From the NCBI GenBank assembly GCA_965222115.1, contig CBDCTJ010000007.1:1280001-1344000 (forward strand): a stretch of 64,000 nt of DNA, written 5' to 3'. A program made the translations under genes and the position numbers. The notes below the pieces were generated by a model. It ran no database searches. It was not told where the DNA came from and worked only from the letters and a program-made list of their open reading frames with translations. Below, one piece after another: positions 40,523-49,041 of this stretch (within the stretch, counting starts at the first letter, position 1; every line of letters starts with the position of its first letter). Source of the DNA: Planctomycetota bacterium. Lineage in GTDB: Bacteria; Planctomycetota; PLA2; JAEUHO01.

Positions 40523-41903
40523 ATGAATATCCTTTCGATTCACGACGCTGCGCAGTGCAGTGACCTTGAAAAGCTCGCGCGCCATCTCGATGCGAATGGG
40601 CCACTCGACGGGAGTCCACGTGCGTGAATCAGCATTGAGTTCCCTTTCCCATCACGGCAACTTTGTGGAGATTGAGCGGTTGCTGAAGGCTGGGGCGAAC
40701 CCGGAACCGCTGGGATGGACGCAGTTGCATCATGCGGTCGCATTGGGGACGCTCTACGCCGTGAAGGCAAGCGCGGCCGGTGGACTCGACTTGGAGGCGC
40801 GTGACGGTTGGGAACGCACACCATTTCTCCTGGCGGTTCATACCGGCGATATCGCCAAGGCATCACACTTGCTAGACAGCGGCGCAAGCAGACACGTTAC
40901 CGGGCATTACGGCAAGCCCGCCTTGATGTATCCACTCCATCACGACAACGTTGAGATGTTGACATGGCTCATCGAGCATGGCTTTGATATCGACGCGTGC
41001 GATGGTTCTGGCACAACGGCCTTGCTCGAGGCTGCCGAGCTGGGTGCCGTTGACTGCTTTCACGCATTGTTGGATGCCGGTGCTGATGATGCGCTTACAG
41101 ACTCCGCCCAGAGCACACTAATTGGTAACGCGTCACATCCTGAGATCATTGCGACGCTCCTGGCTCGTGGCGAGAACCCGGCCAAACTCGATACAGATGT
41201 GCTACGTGACTACATAGGCCTGGGTACCGAGGATCAGATAACGGTGACAGAGTCGGCGTACCGCGCGGGGCGTGAGCGCACATTTGGAAGGCGCAACCCG
41301 CAGCCCATAGACAATCCGTTTTGGATAGGCATGGTGCGTTGTGGTTGGTCGGCGTACAGGGCCGACGATCACTTCGATAACCGCTCATACGATTCGTACC
41401 CGACCTGGTGTCATGATCGATTTGGTATGTCGCTCACTCCGCTACCTGACGGTCGTTTCGTGCAAATTGCCGGTGAGCATGAGGATTTCTACCACTCGGA
41501 TTTTTGCATCTACAACGATGTGATCGTTCACGATGGGAAGGGTGGCTTCCAGATCTACGGCTACCCTCGCGAGGTCTTCCCACCAATCGACTTTCATACG
41601 GCCACATTGGTTGGTGAGTGGATCTACATTATTGGGAGTCTCGGCTATATTGATGAGCGCGGCTCGAGAACGCCGGTCTACCGTCTAAACGTCAACAATT
41701 TTGTGATTGAGCGTGTTGTTACGTCGGGCGAAGACCCCGGTTGGATATCTAGGCACAAGGCCACGCTCGTTGAAGACCGCATTGAGGTAACGGGCGGCAA
41801 GCGCTACTTGCCGGCACGATCAGGCGGTAGCCGTAACTATGTCGATCGCAGTGAGACCCATGTATTTGATGTTGCCCAAAACCGATGGATTCGCCCGGCT
41901 TAG
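40523..41903 (+). pseudogene. Ankyrin-repeat protein with C-terminal Kelch-like domain, apparently frameshifted near 40610-40625
   Basis: ATG 40523 encodes ANK-like MNILSIHDAAQCSDLEKLARHLDANG then TGA at 40625; the remaining ANK repeats and WCHDRFG...GEHEDFY domain continue in the +1 frame. Confidence 0.65.
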
Positions 41904-42265
41904 TCTGACTGACTTAAGATCTGGAAGTGGTCCGACGTCAATCGCCAATCGCCTTCATTTGTGCGAATCCAGTCTTCGCGAACAATGACGCCGCTTGCCT
42001 TGTTCATGGACCACGGCGACGAGAGTATCGCCTTGTCATTCCCGATCATTTCGATCTTTCGGTCGAGGTACTTGACGTCTGTGAAGCCGCCTTTGATGAG
42101 GTTTGCCCAGAAGGCCTCAATGGCTTCTACGCCTTGAATGGGGTCAAAGGGCTCTGCATGGAGGTAGGCATCGAGCATGTAGTGTGACGCGCAGCCGGCG
42201 GCATCGCCTCGATTGAACGCTGCTGCCCACGAGTCGGTCACGGCGATAATTTCTTCAAAAGACAT
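41900..42265 (-). CDS. SnoaL/NTF2-like (DUF4440) protein
   Basis: WAAAFNRGDAAGCASHY, GVEAIEAFW, GDWRLTSDHF. Confidence 0.85.
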   Translation of the reverse strand: MSFEEIIAVTDSWAAAFNRGDAAGCASHYMLDAYLHAEPFDPIQGVEAIEAFWANLIKGGFTDVKYLDRKIEMIGNDKAILSSPWSMNKASGVIVREDWIRTNEGDWRLTSDHFQILSQSD

Positions 42266-42380
42266 GGTGTCTCCAACAATGCGGGTGTGCGCAGACGTGC
42301 GCCTGCGTTGACGTACTCCCGTACAGTACGTCGATCACGCGCATTCGCGAGATGGCAATTGCGCCAAAGATGGGATCGTT

Positions 42381-43373
42381 TTGACGTCTGTACGAATTCA
42401 AATCCTCGCCGTGCCCCTTGTCTTTGACTCCGCGTTTCACATTGTGCGTGACTCGCTGAGCACGGCCGTACGCGTGCAGCGAGAACGCGGTCCGGCGCAT
42501 CGCGTGCGCGTTGAGACGGTCACGGTCGATGGCAAACCCATCACCACGGGCAGTGGGCAGCGCGTGAAGCCCGTTCGCAGCGCCAGTCGAACACGCCCAG
42601 ATTTCGTTGTCATGCCGGGCTTTCGCGCAGGCGATGACGCAGAAGCCGTAGTCGACTACGTAGAGCGTCGAAGTACGCAGCCGATATTGCGTTGGATCGC
42701 ATCCCAGCGCGCGCGCGGCGCTTCACTCGCTACGGGCTGCACGGGTGTTTGGCTTTTCGCCGAGGCCGGTGTCTTGGAAGGGCGAGCGGCGACCACCACA
42801 TGGTATCTCGCCCAGGCATTCCAGCAGCGGTACCCAACAGTTCGATTGGACACAAAGAACATGACTACCAACGCCAGCGGAATCCGATGTGCTGGCGCGG
42901 CCATGGCTCACATGGACTTGGTCTTGGGCGTGATTGCGGATGTTTTTGGTGAAGACGTTTGTCGGCGCGTCGCTGCCGAGCTTCTACTTGATGCTCGACC
43001 CTCGCAAACCCACTTCATGATCAGCGACTTCTTGACGGACGGCAGTGAGGATGTACGCCGTGTCACGTCTTGGATTAAGTCCCATCTGCGTGAGCCCATT
43101 TCCGTTTCCAGTATGGCGAATGCCGGGCATGTGTCTAAGCGCACGCTAGCTCGACGTTTCAAGGAGTCGACAGGGCTCTCGCCGCTTCAGTTCGTGCAGC
43201 GCGTACGAGTTGAGGAAGCTGCGCGCCTTCTCCGCACGACGTCTCTTTCGGTTTCGGAAGTTGCGAAGCGAGTTGGATACGGCGATCGCGCCACGTTGCG
43301 CAGGCTCATGAAACGCCTCACGAATCAGACGCCTTCCGACCTGCGTGTGTCGCGTTCCGAAAAAACGGCGTAG
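42381..43373 (+). CDS. GlxA-family transcriptional regulator (DJ-1/PfpI + AraC)
   Basis: [37 protein letters not shown]. Confidence 0.92.
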   Translation: MTSVRIQILAVPLVFDSAFHIVRDSLSTAVRVQRERGPAHRVRVETVTVDGKPITTGSGQRVKPVRSASRTRPDFVVMPGFRAGDDAEAVVDYVERRSTQPILRWIASQRARGASLATGCTGVWLFAEAGVLEGRAATTTWYLAQAFQQRYPTVRLDTKNMTTNASGIRCAGAAMAHMDLVLGVIADVFGEDVCRRVAAELLLDARPSQTHFMISDFLTDGSEDVRRVTSWIKSHLREPISVSSMANAGHVSKRTLARRFKESTGLSPLQFVQRVRVEEAARLLRTTSLSVSEVAKRVGYGDRATLRRLMKRLTNQTPSDLRVSRSEKTA

Positions 43374-43423
43374 TGACCAGATTCTCTTGTGCTAGTAGAA
43401 CGAGTCGCGAGTCGGCCGCGAAG

Positions 43424-43444
43424 CTCCTGCACCCGAAGCAGGCG
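43424..43444 (-). repeat. Copy of the tRNA-Pro anticodon arm
   Basis: CTCCTGCACCCGAAGCAGGCG matches 43500-43520 at 20/21 nt. Confidence 0.75.
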
Positions 43445-43468
43445 GCAGCGTCCCATGGGAAAATGAAA

Positions 43469-43545
43469 TGGTCGGGGCGAGAAGATTCGAACTTCCGACC
43501 TCCTGCTCCCGAAGCAGGCGCGCTACCAAGCTGCGCTACGCCCCG
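43469..43545 (-). tRNA. tRNA-Pro (anticodon CGG)
   Basis: CGGGGCGTAGCGCAGCTTGGTAGCGCGCCTGCTTCGGGAGCAGGAGGTCGGAAGTTCGAATCTTCTCGCCCCGACCA: 77-nt cloverleaf with TTCGAA T-loop and encoded CCA. Confidence 0.98.
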
Positions 43546-43606
43546 TAGGAATGCCTTGAGTGTTCAAGACGCAAACGGCTGGACAGTTATAGCCCGAAGT
43601 AGCGCG

Positions 43607-43677
43607 CCTCAAAGTAGGCGCCTAGGGGGTCTGGGGGAGAATCCCCCAGATAGAGGGCCAAGTTGCGCCACGCCCCG
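43607..43677 (-). pseudogene. Degenerate 5' half of a tRNA-Pro interrupted by a 33-nt hairpin element
   Basis: CGGGGCGTGGCGCAACTTGG + insert (43625-43657, TCTGGGGGA-GAA-TCCCCCAGA hairpin on +) + TAGGCGCCTACTTTGAGG. Confidence 0.55.
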
Positions 43678-43742
43678 TTGATCAGGGTGGGACTGCTATA
43701 TGCTTGTTGAGCGGGGGTAGGACAAATTTGCGGGAGGTTCGC

Positions 43743-44216
43743 GTGACGACAATTCGGGACAAGCAGCTCGGTGAGCTGGTTCTCAGAGGGGGCGAATTCT
43801 GTACGACGATTGCGCGTGAAGGACGGAAGGTGCCGATCGAGATCGAGATCGAGATTGAGGATGTGGATGGACTGGCGCAGCCAATCGATTTATTGCCCGT
43901 GAAACTGGATGACATGCTCGCCGGCGCGCTCACGAGAGCTCGTTCCGAGGATGAATCCTCGGTGGAGATGTATGTCGAGCATCACCTCGATCAACTTGAG
44001 CCAGAGCAGTGGGAGAAGGTCTTGCCGGAGGGCACGAAGCCTACGGCAGACGCGGTTCGTGCAAGTCTCAACCTACGAAAGATCTGGGGTAGCTACGACG
44101 AAGACGGACTTAACCTCAATCTTGATCATGGATTGCCCGTCGAGCTAACGGACTATGTCATCGTTGTTCGCATTGATGCCGAAGGTGAGATCGACGACGT
44201 GTCGATGGAAAGTTGA
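43743..44216 (+). CDS. Acidic hypothetical protein, DUF2004-like
   Basis: GGAGG SD + GTG; MYVEHHLDQL, TDYVIVVRIDAEGEIDDVSMES. Confidence 0.7.
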   Translation: MTTIRDKQLGELVLRGGEFCTTIAREGRKVPIEIEIEIEDVDGLAQPIDLLPVKLDDMLAGALTRARSEDESSVEMYVEHHLDQLEPEQWEKVLPEGTKPTADAVRASLNLRKIWGSYDEDGLNLNLDHGLPVELTDYVIVVRIDAEGEIDDVSMES

Positions 44217-44245
44217 ACGATCGCAGTTGAATCCACTCGCGTGGA

Positions 44246-44656
44246 TCAACTCGGTTCCGGTGCATGCGATTCGACGCCCGCGACCGCCAACACATTGCCC
44301 TCGGGGTCTGCGAAGTAGGCGACGTGGTCGCCCCAGGGTTTGAGGGTCTTGGGGCGCAGTTCGCGGGCGCCGAGGGCATTGAGTTTGTCGGTAGAGGCGT
44401 CGAGATCGTCGCAGCGTAGATAGAGTTCGGCTCCAGTGAGTTCGCCTTCGGGTACTTGTTTGGGTACATGACCCGTGTTGGCGCCGAAGGATCCTCGTTC
44501 GTAGAAGGAGACGCCGCGACCGTCCGGAAGCTCGAGCTCGACGTAGATGGGGAAGTCGGCACGACGGGGCCAACCGAAGGCCGCTTCATAGAACGTCGCC
44601 ATGGCCTCGACGTCGGTAACGGCGAGCACGGTAAGTATGTGATTCACGGCATTCAT
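44246..44656 (-). CDS. VOC/glyoxalase family protein
   Basis: LAVTDV...FYEAAFG, PWGDHVAYFADPEGN. Confidence 0.92.
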   Translation of the reverse strand: MNAVNHILTVLAVTDVEAMATFYEAAFGWPRRADFPIYVELELPDGRGVSFYERGSFGANTGHVPKQVPEGELTGAELYLRCDDLDASTDKLNALGARELRPKTLKPWGDHVAYFADPEGNVLAVAGVESHAPEPS

Positions 44657-44725
44657 GAGCGGACTATCTCTCAAGTTTAGATCTAGCACAAGTCGCGAAG
44701 GACAAGGTGTATCCCGACAAGTGAG

Positions 44726-45091
44726 TTACAACCGCTCCAATCCCTCCGGCTCGATGGTGTAGTCGTGATCCACGTTGCCGGTGTTTCGGGTGGTGGCGGG
44801 TTCGAAAAGTAGGACGTGGGCGACGGTGGGGGCCACGGGCTTGTGCTCGACGCCGCGAGGAACAACATAGAACTCGCCGGGGTTTAGGGTGACGACCTGG
44901 TCGCGGAGGTGAATTTCGACAGTGCCGTGTGTGACGAGAAAGAGCTCGTCCTCGTGTTCATGGTGATGCCACACGTACTCACCTTCGAACTTGGCGAGCT
45001 TTACGAGTTGCCCGTTGAGCTCGCCCACGATCTTGGGCACCCACGGTTTATCGATGGTCTTGAAGGCAGCGTCAAGCGTGACTTTGTTCAT
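44726..45091 (-). CDS. Cupin domain protein
   Basis: GEYVWHHHEHEDELFLV, VVPRGVEHKP, EPATTRNTG. Confidence 0.92.
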   Translation of the reverse strand: MNKVTLDAAFKTIDKPWVPKIVGELNGQLVKLAKFEGEYVWHHHEHEDELFLVTHGTVEIHLRDQVVTLNPGEFYVVPRGVEHKPVAPTVAHVLLFEPATTRNTGNVDHDYTIEPEGLERL

Positions 45092-46197
45092 TAGATGCCT
45101 TTGGGGCCCGTTGCAGCTATCTTTCGTGGGGCGCGTCGCGCGAAACGCCGTGTCATTTGAATTTGGTTGCCATCGAGGTTCCAGGACACCGAATCCATGT
45201 GGTGAAGAATCAACTGCAAACCGCGTCCATGTAGCGCGGTGGTGTCGGCCCATGGTTTGGACAGCTCACCGGTGGGCTCAAATCCCGGGCCTTCATCGCG
45301 AATGGTGTAGTGAACGGCAGAGGGTTCGTAGGTGGCGAGTACGTGGACGTGTCGGCCCGCGTACTTGTCGTCGCCGACACGCTCGCGTATCAATCCGCGC
45401 ACGCCTTGTTCGGTGGCCATGGCGTTGGTCTTTTCTTCAAAGGTGATCTCAAGATTGCCGTGTTCGATGGCATTGGCAAGTGCTTCAAAGAGCGCGAGTT
45501 GAATGCCGGTCTGTGGTAGGTCATAACCGGGAAAGTGATGACGTAGGTCGCGGATCAAGAACTTCACGACACGCCCAACGATATCTGGATTGCTGTCCAG
45601 CGTGAGCTCCGTTCGACGGTCCACGACGAACTCAAGCGCCTGACGGGCGTCGTGTTCTGCGGCCAATGTTTGTCGCACTTGGTCATATACAAAGCGCAGT
45701 TCTCGTTCGTCAAACGGTTTGTGGACAAAGTTGATGGCGCCATACGAAAGTGCGCGTTCCAGATGTTCCCGGCCTGCTTTGGAAGACAATACGACGACGG
45801 ACAGGGACGGCGCGATGTCGCGCATGTCGGACAGGAGATCGATGGCGGAGCCATCCGGAAACGACAGGTCGAGCATGACCAAATCGGGTCGCTGATGGGT
45901 TACGACGTCCATAGCGTGCGAGCGGCTATCGGTTGACGACGTCACATACCCGCAACTGCTGGCCACATCGCAGAGCGTGGTGCGCGCGTCACGGTGGAGA
46001 TCCACAATCAGCGCGACGGGCGACTGGGCAGCCTCGGGTTGGTTCGAAGACGTTGAAATGTCGAAACTCCCACGAATCTCGTAGCACAAGAGGCGAGGCG
46101 AGGGCGTGGATTGTACGACGACCGGCTTCAATCCACTTGAGATTCGAGCCCATCGGGGCACCCTCGTGTCGATTGGGGTAGAGTGACGCCTCGCCAC
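45091..46197 (-). CDS. Receiver domain + RsbW-like HATPase_c protein
   Basis: PDLVMLDLSFPDG, HKPF; EALANAIEHGN, DEGPGF, HGRGLQL. True start probably downstream of 46197. Confidence 0.85.
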   Translation of the reverse strand: MARRHSTPIDTRVPRWARISSGLKPVVVQSTPSPRLLCYEIRGSFDISTSSNQPEAAQSPVALIVDLHRDARTTLCDVASSCGYVTSSTDSRSHAMDVVTHQRPDLVMLDLSFPDGSAIDLLSDMRDIAPSLSVVVLSSKAGREHLERALSYGAINFVHKPFDERELRFVYDQVRQTLAAEHDARQALEFVVDRRTELTLDSNPDIVGRVVKFLIRDLRHHFPGYDLPQTGIQLALFEALANAIEHGNLEITFEEKTNAMATEQGVRGLIRERVGDDKYAGRHVHVLATYEPSAVHYTIRDEGPGFEPTGELSKPWADTTALHGRGLQLILHHMDSVSWNLDGNQIQMTRRFARRAPRKIAATGPKGI

Positions 46198-46223
46198 CGA
46201 TCGACGTGCGGGATTTCAACTGA

Positions 46224-48923
46224 GTGTCGAAGAATCTTCCTCGTATTCATTGCCCCGCGTGCGGCACACGCTTTGTGGTGGATCCTGCGCGTGTTCCAGA
46301 AGGGCTGGACGGCATGCCGGCCAAATGCCGATCATGTTCCGCGCGCATGATCGTTCGTTCGCGCGCTGGCGCATTGACGGTGAGCTTGGCGTCTACCCGT
46401 GCCGTCGCTGCCGATGCAGTTGCTCGCGCGGTCGATGCGCCTTCGGCGCGTGGTCAAGGCGGGAGTGCAGCCTTTATGTCGGGCGATCGGGTGGGTCGTT
46501 ACGAGATTGAAGCAGTCGTTGGGCGCGGCGGCATGGGCACGGTGTACAAAGCCTACGACCCCACGTCGAGACGCCATGTGGCACTCAAATCCCTGGTTCC
46601 ACAAGCGCAAGAACTCGACGTGTTGCGGTTTGAACGCGAGATCGCAGTACAGGGAAATATTCAACACCCAAACATCATGCCCATCTTTGATAGTGGCGTC
46701 GTTGGTACTACGCGCTATTACACAATGGAACTGCTGCATCAACCACTCGACTTGATTGACATAACCGCCCTTGTGCATGAGGGACAGGCTGCGAAGGACC
46801 ATGATCTCGCTCGCGTTGCAACCATCACCGACGTGATGCGAACGATTGTCTTGCCTTTGTGTCGCGCAACACACCACGCAAATACCAAAGAAGGTGTGTT
46901 GCATCGAGATATCAAGCCCGGCAACATCATGGTGGATCGGGGTGAGTTGCGTCCTTACCTCATCGACTTTGGCGTGGCGTCGTTGCTACGTGCCGATCAC
47001 CCGCGTTTGGCCGATCTTGACAAGTCGCTTCCCGTGCCATTGCGTGGCGAAGGCGTGCACGTCGCCGGAACGCTCGTGTTTATGCCGCCCGAGCAGGCAC
47101 GCGGCGAAGCCCACGCTACGGGCGATGTGTGGGGGCTCGGCGCGGTGATGCATTACATCGTGTCGGGCGAGCCGCCGCTTGAGTCGGCGAAGAAATCCAA
47201 GCTCAGTCGTCGTGAACGCATGGCGAATCTATCGATGCTGATCGAGCAAGCGCGTGACGAAGGCAATCATGGTGATGCCAAGCAGTACATGGCCATGCTC
47301 GAACGGGTGAAATCGGGTCAAGAGCGCTCGATCGACGATTTGCGCCGTGACGTATTGCGCGGGCACTACAAGCGACGCCCGCCCGGCGTGGAGCCCGGAC
47401 TCGACGCCATGATTTCCAAGGCGATGCATCCCGATCCGGATCAGCGTTACGAAACGGCTGGCGCACTACACGATGCCCTGTCTCAGTGGCTGGATGAACG
47501 CCGTCCGCGTTCACGGCGGGGCGGTACGCACGGGCGTGAGTCATCTTCGGGTCGCCGTTGGAAGTCGCTTGTAACGGCAGGACTTGTGGGCCTTGTGCTG
47601 GGCGGCGCAATTGGCATGTTGTGGCCGAAGAAGAAGCATGACGTGTCTGCCGATCGCGACATGCTGCTCAATCGGAGTCAAGTGGCCATATCGAGCGATC
47701 AGTTAACGGACGCAAGAGACGCGGTGCGTCGTGCCCTTGTGCTCGATCCCACCCATCAGCCAAGTTGGAACGCGTTGCAAGAAGTCGATCGACTCAAGCG
47801 TAAGGCGCGCTTGTCTGAGCGTTGCGATCAATTGGCGCGTGAGGTGGAACGTGCGAAGCTCGGGGAGCGTGTGGGGCTTGCCAAACAACTTGAAGCAACG
47901 ATTTCGAACGACTACGAGCCGTTGCTAACCGCGCAGGAGCGAGTCGCTGAAGCGAATGCGTTGAACGCGTGGCATGCGATTGCGGATACGCGCTGCACGA
48001 TTCATGTGAACGGCATACCGGAGCAGGCACGGGTCGACCTTGTTCGTGTGGATCGTTCGTCGCGACGACTCTTATTGAATGCAGTCACGCCCGTGGACAT
48101 GCCAGCAGATGCGAGTAAGGGAATAACGCTACGCGTTGATGCGGGTCGGGTTGTCGTGCGCATTCGCAAGTCTAGCAAAGACGACCGGGAACACGCACTG
48201 TTCATTCCCGTAGATGCGCGCCAGCCCAGTAGTGTTGTAGAAGTCATGTGCGCGACCGATCCGACCACGGTTCCTGCATCGATGCAGTATGTGCCTGCAC
48301 TGCGAGCGGAAGCGCCAGCACTTTGGGTCGATCGAAAAGAGGTCACCGGTGCTGAGTACGCCGGTTTTCTAAAGACGCTTTCGCCCGAGGAGCGGCATCA
48401 ACGCGTGCCGCGCGTAGCCGGCGCATTAGGCATTGCGCCGCGTCCACTGTGGGATCGAACGGGGGAAACCTATGAACCTTCCGCGCACCACCGTTCGCGA
48501 CCGGTTGAAGGAATCAGTTTGGACGATGCTCGTGCCTACGCGAAGCACGCAGGAAAACGCTTGCCCACGTTTGAGGAGTGGCAACACATCGCGCGTGGTG
48601 GCGACGACCGACCTACGGCTATTGGCGCGGCGTCACTTTTGTCCGGCACACGCGTGCACGTCAATGCACCCGTAGCCGGTTCCTCGATCGGGCCTACAGG
48701 CGACGACGTTAATCCCTACGGGATCGCCGATCTCACCGGCAACGTGAGTGAGTTCACAACAACGCAGCGCACGTGGGCCGGAGTTCACGGATTCTTGGTG
48801 GCCGGGGGCTCCTATGCTCGGGGCGCTGCGGCGGCACTCATCGACGAGGCACGTCCTGTGCCCAGTTGGATGCCACAGGACGGTGTTGGGTTTCGTTGCG
48901 TTCGCGAGGTGCCCCTGAAATAG
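46224..48923 (+). CDS. Ser/Thr protein kinase with N-terminal zinc ribbon, TM and C-terminal FGE-sulfatase (SUMF1)-like domain
   Basis: CPACG...CRSC, GRGGMGTVY, VALK, HRDIKPGN, DFG; EVT, KRLPTFEEW, NPYGIADLTGNVSE, GFRCV. Confidence 0.92.
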   Translation: MSKNLPRIHCPACGTRFVVDPARVPEGLDGMPAKCRSCSARMIVRSRAGALTVSLASTRAVAADAVARAVDAPSARGQGGSAAFMSGDRVGRYEIEAVVGRGGMGTVYKAYDPTSRRHVALKSLVPQAQELDVLRFEREIAVQGNIQHPNIMPIFDSGVVGTTRYYTMELLHQPLDLIDITALVHEGQAAKDHDLARVATITDVMRTIVLPLCRATHHANTKEGVLHRDIKPGNIMVDRGELRPYLIDFGVASLLRADHPRLADLDKSLPVPLRGEGVHVAGTLVFMPPEQARGEAHATGDVWGLGAVMHYIVSGEPPLESAKKSKLSRRERMANLSMLIEQARDEGNHGDAKQYMAMLERVKSGQERSIDDLRRDVLRGHYKRRPPGVEPGLDAMISKAMHPDPDQRYETAGALHDALSQWLDERRPRSRRGGTHGRESSSGRRWKSLVTAGLVGLVLGGAIGMLWPKKKHDVSADRDMLLNRSQVAISSDQLTDARDAVRRALVLDPTHQPSWNALQEVDRLKRKARLSERCDQLAREVERAKLGERVGLAKQLEATISNDYEPLLTAQERVAEANALNAWHAIADTRCTIHVNGIPEQARVDLVRVDRSSRRLLLNAVTPVDMPADASKGITLRVDAGRVVVRIRKSSKDDREHALFIPVDARQPSSVVEVMCATDPTTVPASMQYVPALRAEAPALWVDRKEVTGAEYAGFLKTLSPEERHQRVPRVAGALGIAPRPLWDRTGETYEPSAHHRSRPVEGISLDDARAYAKHAGKRLPTFEEWQHIARGGDDRPTAIGAASLLSGTRVHVNAPVAGSSIGPTGDDVNPYGIADLTGNVSEFTTTQRTWAGVHGFLVAGGSYARGAAAALIDEARPVPSWMPQDGVGFRCVREVPLK

Positions 48924-49041
48924 CGCTTTGGCCGAGTACACGCGATTCTTTCGCTGGCAAAGCCCCGTTCGCCCTTGGTCACGGCTCGCTCGGGAGTACC
49001 TTCACGGCGTGCGCCCTCGAATCGGGACGCCGGAGTTGTTC

